Assembly (NCBI GenBank): GCA_963635145.1
Contig: CAVHFE010000003.1
Location: forward strand, 23,357 to 87,356
Reading direction: 5' to 3'
DNA length: 64,000 nt
From: Oscillospiraceae bacterium
GTDB taxonomy: Bacteria > Actinomycetota > Coriobacteriia > Coriobacteriales > Eggerthellaceae
Numbering within the stretch: position 1 is the first letter of the stretch; the number at the start of each line of letters is the position of its first letter. Below the pieces are notes generated by a model, which was not told where the DNA came from, made no database searches, and was given only the letters and a program-made list of their open reading frames with translations. The position numbers and the translations under genes were made by a program. Positions 1-7,529 of the stretch are shown here, in pieces.

Positions 1-18
1 CGACTCCTCTGAAATGCG

Positions 19-109
19 TGGCGGAGAGCTAGGGATTCGAACCCTAGATACCCTTGTGGGGTATACTCACTTAGCAGGCGAGCGCCTTCGTCCTCTCGGC
101 CAGCTCTCC
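19..109 (-). tRNA. tRNA-Ser(GCT)
   Basis: Reverse complement reads GGAGAGCTGGCCGAGAGG...CTCGC-CTGCTAA-GTGAG, then a long variable arm, GGTTCGAATCC and a CCA end. Confidence 0.96.
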
Positions 110-163
110 ACGTGTGTTTTGCAATCTTAACGTGTCCCGACGATTCTTGCAAGGAGAACCACA

Positions 164-2149
164 ATGATCCAGCATCGCAAGATGTGTTTTTCCAAGGATA
201 TCAGCCTTGCGGCCGCGCTCATGCTCGTGCTTTCCTTGCTTGCGTTCGCCTTCATGTCCTTTGCTCCGGCAGATGCCTGGGCGCGTTCGTATGCTTCCGG
301 CCCGGTTAACATCAAGGGCGTGGTGCAGGAAAACGGCGACCTGGCGGTTACCGAGCAGCGCACTTTCACCTTCGAGGGTTCTTATAGCTGCGTGTGGTGG
401 TACATCGAAGACCTTCCTGATGGTGCCGAGGTTAAACCTTCAAGCGTCACCATGACCACCGCAAACGGCACGCTCGAGATGCCCGAGGTCAAGTTCCAAA
501 AGGAATGGCGTAGCGCCGGCGGCCCCGATAAGCTCGCGTGGTCATTCGATAAGGGCAAAAACGCCATCTACGCCTTTTTCGATGCGGACAATGCCGAGTT
601 CACCTTCACTCTTTCCTATACCGTCACCAACGCCGTGCAGGTTTACTCCGACACGGCCGAGCTGTACTGGAAGTTCATCCCCGACGGATGGGCAGTTGAT
701 TCGCGCGACGTCAATGCGGAAATCGTCCTGCCTCTGCCCGAAGGCGAAACCGCAACTGCGGGCGACAACGTGAAGGCCTGGGGCCATGGCGACCTGTCGG
801 GCTCGGTCAACATCGCCTCCGATGGTTCCGTTGCGTACAAGGTTTCAAGCGTTAAGGCCGGCAACTACGCCGAGGCGCGCATCGCCTTCCCAACTTCCTG
901 GGTCGGCAAAATCAAACCGGGCGACGTCAACTACCACACCAGCGCGCATCTTCAGAAAATCCAGCAAGAGGAAGAGGAATGGGCAACCGGCTCCAACAAC
1001 TTCCGCATTACCCAGGTGCTCTCGCTTCTGGTGTCCATCCTGCTTTCACTGCTGGTGATTGTTTGGGCCGTGTGGCGCTTCTTCAAATACGGGCGCGAGC
1101 TTAAGCCCGCCTTCACCGACACCTATTGGCGCGATGAGCCCCTGGAGGGTGCGCATCCAGCTGTTATCAGCCGCTTGATGCGCTTCGACGAGGCAAGCTC
1201 GCAGGATTTTGCCGCAACGCTTTTGAACTTGGCGAATTTGGGTGTCCTGCGTGTCGAGCCGGTAACCAACACGTACAAAAAGTTCATCGGCACCGAAAGC
1301 TACACCGATTATGCCCTGCAAAAGAATCCGAATTTCGACGTGGACAGCTTGGGCGAGCTTGATCGCAAGGCCTACGACATCATCTTCGGCTACGGGGTGG
1401 ACGAGCAGGGTGCGCTGCTTCTTTCAAGCTTGAAGTCGCGTGCAAAGGACGAAGCCAAGCGTTTCTCGGACGATATGGAAACCTGGCATGGCCTGCTTCG
1501 TGCCGAGGTTATCAAGGCCGACGTCATCGAGGGCTACGGATCCTCCAAGCGCAACCACAACACGGCTATGGCGATTCTGATCGTATTCCTTTGCGTTTGG
1601 ATGGGCATGACCTTCGACAACATCATGTGCGCGATTCCGGGGCTTATCGCGGCTATCGTGTTGGTGCTGCTTGGACGCTTCATGCCACGCCGCACCCAAA
1701 AGGGCGCGGACGCTTTTGCCCGCGCCAAGGCCCTGAAAAAGTGGCTTTGCGAGTTTTCCCTGCTCAACGAGCGCCCCTTCACCGATGTGAAGGTGTGGGG
1801 CAAGTTGATGGTGTACGCATACGTGCTCGGCGTGGCCAACGAGGCGGCGTATCAGCTGCGTGCGGTTGGCTACGTGCCCGCTCAAAGGGGCGATGCAGGC
1901 ATTGGCTATTACGATCCGGGCTACTGGTGGTACGCGCCGATGGTGATGCATTCATCCAATGCTCCAGCATTCGACCTGGGCTCCTTTACCGCCTACCTTG
2001 ATTACTCGCTGGACGATTCCCTGCAGGCTGTTCATTCGGTGCTCAACGCATCAAGCGGCGACGGTGGCTTCTCGAGCGGGGGTGGCTTCGGCGGAGGCTT
2101 TTCCGGCGGCGGAGGCGGCGGCTTCGGCGGCGGAGGCGGCGCTCGCTAA
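164..2149 (+). CDS. DUF2207-like predicted membrane protein
   Basis: Signal peptide, extracellular domain (ELYWKFI, VKAWGHG), TM segments, W..LMVYAYVLGV motif, Gly-rich C-terminus GGGFSGGGGGGFGGGGGAR. Confidence 0.85.
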   Translation: MIQHRKMCFSKDISLAAALMLVLSLLAFAFMSFAPADAWARSYASGPVNIKGVVQENGDLAVTEQRTFTFEGSYSCVWWYIEDLPDGAEVKPSSVTMTTANGTLEMPEVKFQKEWRSAGGPDKLAWSFDKGKNAIYAFFDADNAEFTFTLSYTVTNAVQVYSDTAELYWKFIPDGWAVDSRDVNAEIVLPLPEGETATAGDNVKAWGHGDLSGSVNIASDGSVAYKVSSVKAGNYAEARIAFPTSWVGKIKPGDVNYHTSAHLQKIQQEEEEWATGSNNFRITQVLSLLVSILLSLLVIVWAVWRFFKYGRELKPAFTDTYWRDEPLEGAHPAVISRLMRFDEASSQDFAATLLNLANLGVLRVEPVTNTYKKFIGTESYTDYALQKNPNFDVDSLGELDRKAYDIIFGYGVDEQGALLLSSLKSRAKDEAKRFSDDMETWHGLLRAEVIKADVIEGYGSSKRNHNTAMAILIVFLCVWMGMTFDNIMCAIPGLIAAIVLVLLGRFMPRRTQKGADAFARAKALKKWLCEFSLLNERPFTDVKVWGKLMVYAYVLGVANEAAYQLRAVGYVPAQRGDAGIGYYDPGYWWYAPMVMHSSNAPAFDLGSFTAYLDYSLDDSLQAVHSVLNASSGDGGFSSGGGFGGGFSGGGGGGFGGGGGAR

Positions 2150-2336
2150 ACGCGACTTCCTTTGGCTGCTGGATTGCTCGTGTAGGCTCTGGCTTAGGTT
2201 GCCAGTGATTTCACCATGCTGAAACGGCTTGGCCGAACCAAGCTGCTAGAATTCGTGATACTTTGACTCGCCGTTTAGGCGAAGGCGCGTTTAGTCTTTG
2301 CCCGGCGACGTGGGCAATCCAGTTTGGGAGGGGCGA

Positions 2337-2855
2337 ATGTCCGACAACATCGTTTTGATAGGTATGCCCGGCGCCGGCAAGTCCACCTTGGGCGTGGTGC
2401 TGGCCAAGGTGCTTGGCTACTACTTCCTAGACTGCGACCTGCTTATTCAAAAATACGAAGGCCGCACTCTGCAGCAGATTATCGACCTTGAGGGCACGGA
2501 TGGCTTCCTTGCGGTGGAGAACCGCGTTTTGTCGGGCATCGATTGCAAACGCACGGTCATCTCGACCGGCGGCTCGGCGGTGTATTCCCAGGATGCCATG
2601 GAGCACCTTGGGAGCATCGGCAAGGTGGCATTCATCAAGGTGCCCTACGCCGAGCTCGAAAACCGCCTAGGCAGCCTGAAGGAGCGCGGCGTGGTAATGA
2701 AGGAAGGCATTGGCAACGACCTGCGCCTTCTGTTCGAGGAGCGCGCCCCCCTGTACGAAAAGTACGCCGACATCACGGTGGACGTTGAGGGCTCCAACAT
2801 CCAAGAAGCAGTCAACCAACTAGTAACCGCCGTCCGCGCTGCCGGCATACGCTAA
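2337..2855 (+). CDS. aroK: Shikimate kinase
   Basis: NIVLIGMPGAGKST Walker A, DCD, VISTGGS, ERAPLYEKYAD; GGAGGG RBS before ATG 2337. Confidence 0.92.
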   Translation: MSDNIVLIGMPGAGKSTLGVVLAKVLGYYFLDCDLLIQKYEGRTLQQIIDLEGTDGFLAVENRVLSGIDCKRTVISTGGSAVYSQDAMEHLGSIGKVAFIKVPYAELENRLGSLKERGVVMKEGIGNDLRLLFEERAPLYEKYADITVDVEGSNIQEAVNQLVTAVRAAGIR

Positions 2856-2860
2856 GAATG

Positions 2861-2890
2861 AAAAAGGCCCGACCTAGGTCGGGCCTTTCT
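2861..2890. terminator. Bidirectional intrinsic terminator between convergent aroK and serA
   Basis: Perfect palindrome AAAGGCCCGACCTAGGTCGGGCCTTT (2863-2888) with A/T-rich ends. Confidence 0.8.
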
Positions 2891-2934
2891 TGCGAGGGAA
2901 CCCTGGGGCTCCGCCGCGATTTTGCAAATCGTGG

Positions 2935-4101
2935 TTACTTCACCACGCGGACGCGATGCACGCCTTCAAGGGCGGTAACGGCGTCGGCGGCTGCGGTGGC
3001 GTCTTCCTTGTCGACGTCGACGAGCGTGTAGGCAAGCTCGCCACGGGTCTGGTTGTTCAGAGTGATGATGCTCACGCCTGCACCCGAGATGGCCGCGGAG
3101 ATGTCGGCGATCAGGTTGGGGACGTTCTTGTGCAGAACGGCCAGGCGACCACCTTCGGCGGGAACGGCGCCCATGGAAAGCGCAGGGTAGTTAACGGAGT
3201 TGACGATGTTGCCGTTGTCCAGGTAGTCCATGATCTGGCGGACGGCCATTATCGCGCAGTTGTCCTCGGCCTCAGCGGTGGAAGCGCCCAGGTGGGGGAG
3301 CACGATGACGTTTTCCATGGTCATGGTCTCGGGGGTTGCGAAGTCGGTGATGTACTTGGCAACGCGGCCTTCCTTGGTGGCCTGAGCCATTGCGGAAAGA
3401 TCGACAAGCGTGTCACGCGAGAAGTTCAGGAACACCGAACCCTGCTTCATCGATTCGCAGAACTCGGCGTTGATCATACCGATCGTGGGAGGAATGGCAG
3501 GAACGTGGATGGTGATGTAGTCGCAGGTGCGCGCGATCTGCATCAGATCGGTGACGTAGGTAAGCTTGCTGGGCAGGCTCATTGCGCGCTCGATGCGCAG
3601 GCCGGGGTCGTAGCCGACAACCTGCATGCCAAGGTCAAGCGCCGCACGGGCAACCATGCCGCCGATTGCGCCCAGGCCGATGACGCCGAGCTTCTTGCCC
3701 TGAATCTCGCGGCCGGCGAACTGCTTTTTAGCCTTCTCGACGGACTTGGCGATGTTGGGGTCGGGAGCGTTCTCGCGGCACCAGTCGATGCCGCCGATGA
3801 TGTCGCGGCTGCCAAGCAGAAGGCTTGCCAGAACGAGCTCCTTAACGGCGTTGGCGTTGGCACCGGGGGTGTTGAAGACGACGATGCCCTCTTCAGCGCA
3901 ACGATCCAGGGGGATGTTGTTCACGCCGGCGCCTGCGCGGGCGATGGCCTCGAGCTTGGGGGAGAACTGCATGTCGTGCATGGCGGCGGAGCGAACAAGA
4001 ATGCCGTCGGCGGAATCGATGTCGTCGGTAAGGGCGTAGGAATCGGTGAGCAGATCGGTGCCGTAAGGCGAGATGTTGTTGAGGCAATGGATATTGCGCA
4101 T
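2935..4101 (-). CDS. serA: D-3-phosphoglycerate dehydrogenase with C-terminal ACT domain
   Basis: IARAGAGVNNIP, VFNTPGANANAVKEL, GLGAIG, LPHLGASTAEAEDNC, ACT-like LHKNVPN; AGGAG RBS before ATG 4101. Confidence 0.92.
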   Translation of the reverse strand: MRNIHCLNNISPYGTDLLTDSYALTDDIDSADGILVRSAAMHDMQFSPKLEAIARAGAGVNNIPLDRCAEEGIVVFNTPGANANAVKELVLASLLLGSRDIIGGIDWCRENAPDPNIAKSVEKAKKQFAGREIQGKKLGVIGLGAIGGMVARAALDLGMQVVGYDPGLRIERAMSLPSKLTYVTDLMQIARTCDYITIHVPAIPPTIGMINAEFCESMKQGSVFLNFSRDTLVDLSAMAQATKEGRVAKYITDFATPETMTMENVIVLPHLGASTAEAEDNCAIMAVRQIMDYLDNGNIVNSVNYPALSMGAVPAEGGRLAVLHKNVPNLIADISAAISGAGVSIITLNNQTRGELAYTLVDVDKEDATAAADAVTALEGVHRVRVVK

Positions 4102-4258
4102 GTGCACTCCTGTCAAAGAGATATCGATGGTGTGCCGATTTATGACTGTGAACTGGGGCGGAAGGCTTCAGGACTTCCGGCAGCCGCGCACTCGTTTTCG
4201 GAGGTGCGCGAAGCCGGGGCTTTCGCAGGCTGGCCACAGCTGAAAATCAGCCTTGACC
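4102..4258 (-). ncRNA. Candidate structured cis-regulatory leader of serA (family not recognised)
   Basis: Nested complementary segments span the whole ~155-nt leader between a sigma70-like promoter and the RBS (see findings). Confidence 0.35.
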
Positions 4259-4262
4259 ATCA

Positions 4263-4290
4263 ACTCTACCCGCGCCCGCGCGCGTGTCAA
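4263..4290 (-). promoter_or_regulatory. Sigma70-like promoter for serA
   Basis: Minus strand TTGACA-16 nt-TAGAGT. Confidence 0.6.
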
Positions 4291-4358
4291 TTAATGCGCC
4301 CGCAAAAGGACGAAAAGACAATAAGAAAAGGCCCCCAATGGGAGCCCTAAAATTCAAA

Positions 4359-4445
4359 TGGTGCGGGTGAAAGGACTTGAACCTTCATGAAGTTGCCTTC
4401 ATACGGACCTGAACCGTACGCGTCTGCCAATTCCGCCACACCCGC
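4359..4445 (-). tRNA. tRNA-Leu(CAG)
   Basis: Reverse complement GCGGGTGTGGCGGAATTGGCAGACGCG-TACGG-TTCAGGT-CCGTA, variable arm, GGTTCAAGTCC, CCA end. Confidence 0.96.
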
Positions 4446-4852
4446 ATATGCGCAGCAAAAGTGCAGGAGTTACTTTACGTGAATCGCCCCTGCCGCGCAA
4501 GCCCTAATTTGAAAAACTTGCTCTTAATGAATTCTGGGCGCGTTTCGTTGCCCCTTCGGCCGCGGTTTAGCCTGAATTGTCTACAGGATGAGCGCTTGGC
4601 AGGCTGGCCTATCTCTTTTGCGCTAGGTCTGGATGACCCTCTGCAGCCCTGGGTGGAGCCTCGCTCGGGGCTTGGTTGGCGTCCCAAGGTAAGACTCCGG
4701 TGAAACCCAAAGCAAAGCCCTGAGCGGCAAAAAGCCGCCTTGGTCGCAAGATTTGGCGAAGAAGTGAAAAACAACACGATTCCACCACACATTGCACATG
4801 CTGTGGCAAAATAAATCAGTCTATATGCGACCAATAGTAAGGAGCGACTTAA

Positions 4853-5788
4853 ATGGGACTCTTCTCGCGTTTTGAGAACAAAGTTGAGGACGGCTTCGAC
4901 GGAATGAACGAAAAGCTGTTCGATGCTCCCATCTCGCCTGTTCAGATTGCGAAAAAGGCCGAAAAGCAAATGCGCCGTGAGAAGATGGTCGGCGCCGGCA
5001 AGGAATTCGCTCCCACGCTCTATACCGTGTTGGTAAACCCCGATGACGACGAGCGCCTCTTCGGCTACTACCCGACGCTCGCCGGCGAAACCGAGACCTA
5101 CCTTCAGGGCGCTGCCCAGAAGGCCGGCCTGGCCATGGACGGCAAGCCGCTCGTTCGCTTCATCGTCGACGACGACCTAAGGCATGGCAAGTTCGACATC
5201 ATCGCCGAGTGCGTTGCCCGCCACATCGTCGATCAGCTTCGTCAGGAAGAGATGGAACGCTACGGCCTTGCTGGCGCTGCTCCGGCTGCCGCACCTGCCC
5301 CGGCGCCCGCTCCCGCTCCTGCCCCCGTGGCTGCGCCCGTCGTTCCCAATCCCGCTCCTCAGGGCGGCTATCGCAGCACCGGCATCGACGTGATCTCCGA
5401 GGACGCCGAGCTCTACGCAGCCGGCGCCGGTGCATCTGTTGCCGAGCCCGTTATGCCCCAGACCACCGCTTTCACCGGTCGCGCTCAGGGCGCCGCTCAA
5501 ACCAGCACCCCGCGCTTGGTCAACCTGAACACCAACCGCTCCTTCGCCCTCACCAACGAGGCGACGATGCTCGGCCGCGCCATCACCAGCGACATCGTGC
5601 TCGACGACCTTAACGTCAGCCGTACCCACGCCGAGGTTCGCCGCGAGTCCGCTTCCCTGTGGAAGGTCGCTGACCTGGGCTCCACCAACGGCACCTTGGT
5701 CAACGGCCGTCACATCGCGTCCGCCATCTTGAACGAGGGCGATCGCATCACCGTGGGCACCACGACCTTCCTCTTCACTTACAACTAA
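4853..5788 (+). CDS. fhaA: FhaA-like protein (DUF3662-type N-terminus, Pro/Ala linker, FHA domain)
   Basis: MGLFSRFE...ISPVQIAKKAEKQM N-terminus; FHA motifs LGR, VSRTHA, DLGSTNGTLVNG; first gene of the pknB cluster. Confidence 0.88.
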   Translation: MGLFSRFENKVEDGFDGMNEKLFDAPISPVQIAKKAEKQMRREKMVGAGKEFAPTLYTVLVNPDDDERLFGYYPTLAGETETYLQGAAQKAGLAMDGKPLVRFIVDDDLRHGKFDIIAECVARHIVDQLRQEEMERYGLAGAAPAAAPAPAPAPAPAPVAAPVVPNPAPQGGYRSTGIDVISEDAELYAAGAGASVAEPVMPQTTAFTGRAQGAAQTSTPRLVNLNTNRSFALTNEATMLGRAITSDIVLDDLNVSRTHAEVRRESASLWKVADLGSTNGTLVNGRHIASAILNEGDRITVGTTTFLFTYN

Positions 5789-5841
5789 ACCCCCTGCGGG
5801 CGCCTTAAACACGACAGCGAAACCAACCCTAAGGACCCCTT

Positions 5842-6255
5842 TTGATTGACATCATCCTGCTTATCGGTCGACTTCTTTTCGTCGTTCTTCTGTACCTGTT
5901 CCTGTTTGCGATCATGAAGACGGGAATCGGGCTGGTACGCGGTCAGCGCAAGAAGGATCGCAGCTGGACCGTCGCGGTTGAAAAGGGCCCGAAAGAACTG
6001 CGCGGCGTCAATTTGGCCGTGCGCGGTCCTGTGGTCGTTGGTCGCAGCCCCGGGTCCGACATCGTCATCGGCGCCGATTACGTTTCCTCGCGCCATGCCC
6101 GCTTCACGCTGATGGGCCAGAACCTCTTCGTCGAGGATTTGGGCTCGCTCAATGGCACGGCGGTCAACAACGTATTCATTCAGGAGCCCACGGCCCTGCA
6201 CAGCGGCGATCGCGTCATGGTCGGCGACGTGACCATGCGAGTGAGGTTCGAGTAA
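5842..6255 (+). CDS. fhaB: Membrane-anchored FHA domain protein (FhaB/FipA-like)
   Basis: N-terminal TM helix; VGRS, VSSRHARF, EDLGSLNGT; TTG start; synteny. Confidence 0.85.
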   Translation: MIDIILLIGRLLFVVLLYLFLFAIMKTGIGLVRGQRKKDRSWTVAVEKGPKELRGVNLAVRGPVVVGRSPGSDIVIGADYVSSRHARFTLMGQNLFVEDLGSLNGTAVNNVFIQEPTALHSGDRVMVGDVTMRVRFE

Positions 6256-7529
6256 TGGGTATTCCTGCAAACATCACCGCACCTCAGGGCGCGGTTTCCC
6301 ATCGAAGTTTCGGCTCACGCACCGACGTGGGCCTGGTGCGCGAGCACAACGAGGACAGCTTGCTCGTCGCTCCGCCCCTGTTCGTCGTGTGCGACGGCAT
6401 GGGTGGTCACGAGGCGGGCGAGGTTGCCTCCGAAATGGCCATTCGCACGATGGAGAACCAGGCCGATTCCATCAAGGACGCCCAGAGCATGATCGCCGCT
6501 GTGGAGGCAGCCAACCTCAATGTCATCAAGGCCCCGCGCCAGGGTATCGGCCGCGAGGGCATGGGCACCACGCTTACCGCCGCCAAGGTGACGGGCGAGC
6601 GCGTGATGATTGCCCAGGTGGGCGACTCGCGTGCCTACCTTTTGCACAACGGGCGCATCCAACAGCTCACGCGCGACCACAGCTTGATGGCCGACCTTAT
6701 CGAGTCGGGCCAGATTACCGAGGCCGAGGCGCGTTTCCATCCCAATCGCTCGGTGATCACGCGCGCCATCGGCTCCGACCCCTACATGAAGCCCGACATC
6801 TACGAGCTCAACTTAAGCTCGGGCGATCGCTTGCTTCTGTGCTCCGACGGCCTTAACGCCATGCTCGACGATTACCAGATCGAGGACATCCTGCGCGACG
6901 TTCCCGACCCGCAGACCTGTGCCGACATGCTGGTGGGCGCCGCGCGCAACGCCGGCGGCTACGACAACATCACCACCATCGTGGTTGACATCGAAGGCAA
7001 GGCCAAGGCCAAGCAGCGCCGCGCCATCAAGAAGTCCCGCATTTGGATGGGCATCCTGATCGCGCTTGTGATTTTGGCCATCGCCGGTGCCTTCGTGGGC
7101 GCTCAGCAATACATCAGCAATTCCGCCTACATTGGCGTGCAAGACGACAAAGTGACCATCTATCGGGGCATTCCCGACGAGTTTTTGGGCATGCAGCTTT
7201 CCAGCGTCGAGGAAGTTTCGCAGGTGAGCTTCCAGGATTTGAAGAAGGTGCAGCCGGGCGTTGCCGCGCGCATCAGCGACAACATGCGCGTCGACAACGT
7301 TGAGGAAGCACAGCGCCTTGTTCAGGCTTACCAGGAGGAAATCGCTGCCGCGAACGCCTCAACGCAGGCCTCCGGCACCGACGCCGCTGCGGGCGCCGGC
7401 TCCACCACGGGTTCGGCCGGCACTGCCGCGGGCACGGGCGCTGCCTCCGCCAGTGGTTCTGACGCATCGGCCGGCACGGCCGCAGGTTCCAGCAGCACCG
7501 CCTCGAGCACCGAGGGGGCCAACCGATGA
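6255..7529 (+). CDS. pstP: PP2C-family Ser/Thr phosphatase (Stp1/PstP) with TM helix and extracellular tail
   Basis: TDVGLVREHNED, VCDGMGGH, GMGTT, VGDSRAY, LLCSDGL, GGYDNIT. Confidence 0.93.
   Translation: MGIPANITAPQGAVSHRSFGSRTDVGLVREHNEDSLLVAPPLFVVCDGMGGHEAGEVASEMAIRTMENQADSIKDAQSMIAAVEAANLNVIKAPRQGIGREGMGTTLTAAKVTGERVMIAQVGDSRAYLLHNGRIQQLTRDHSLMADLIESGQITEAEARFHPNRSVITRAIGSDPYMKPDIYELNLSSGDRLLLCSDGLNAMLDDYQIEDILRDVPDPQTCADMLVGAARNAGGYDNITTIVVDIEGKAKAKQRRAIKKSRIWMGILIALVILAIAGAFVGAQQYISNSAYIGVQDDKVTIYRGIPDEFLGMQLSSVEEVSQVSFQDLKKVQPGVAARISDNMRVDNVEEAQRLVQAYQEEIAAANASTQASGTDAAAGAGSTTGSAGTAAGTGAASASGSDASAGTAAGSSSTASSTEGANR

Noticed and set aside
2890..4350. 486-aa plus-strand ORF
   Set aside because: Antisense shadow of serA caused by GC3 codon bias; no recognisable motifs
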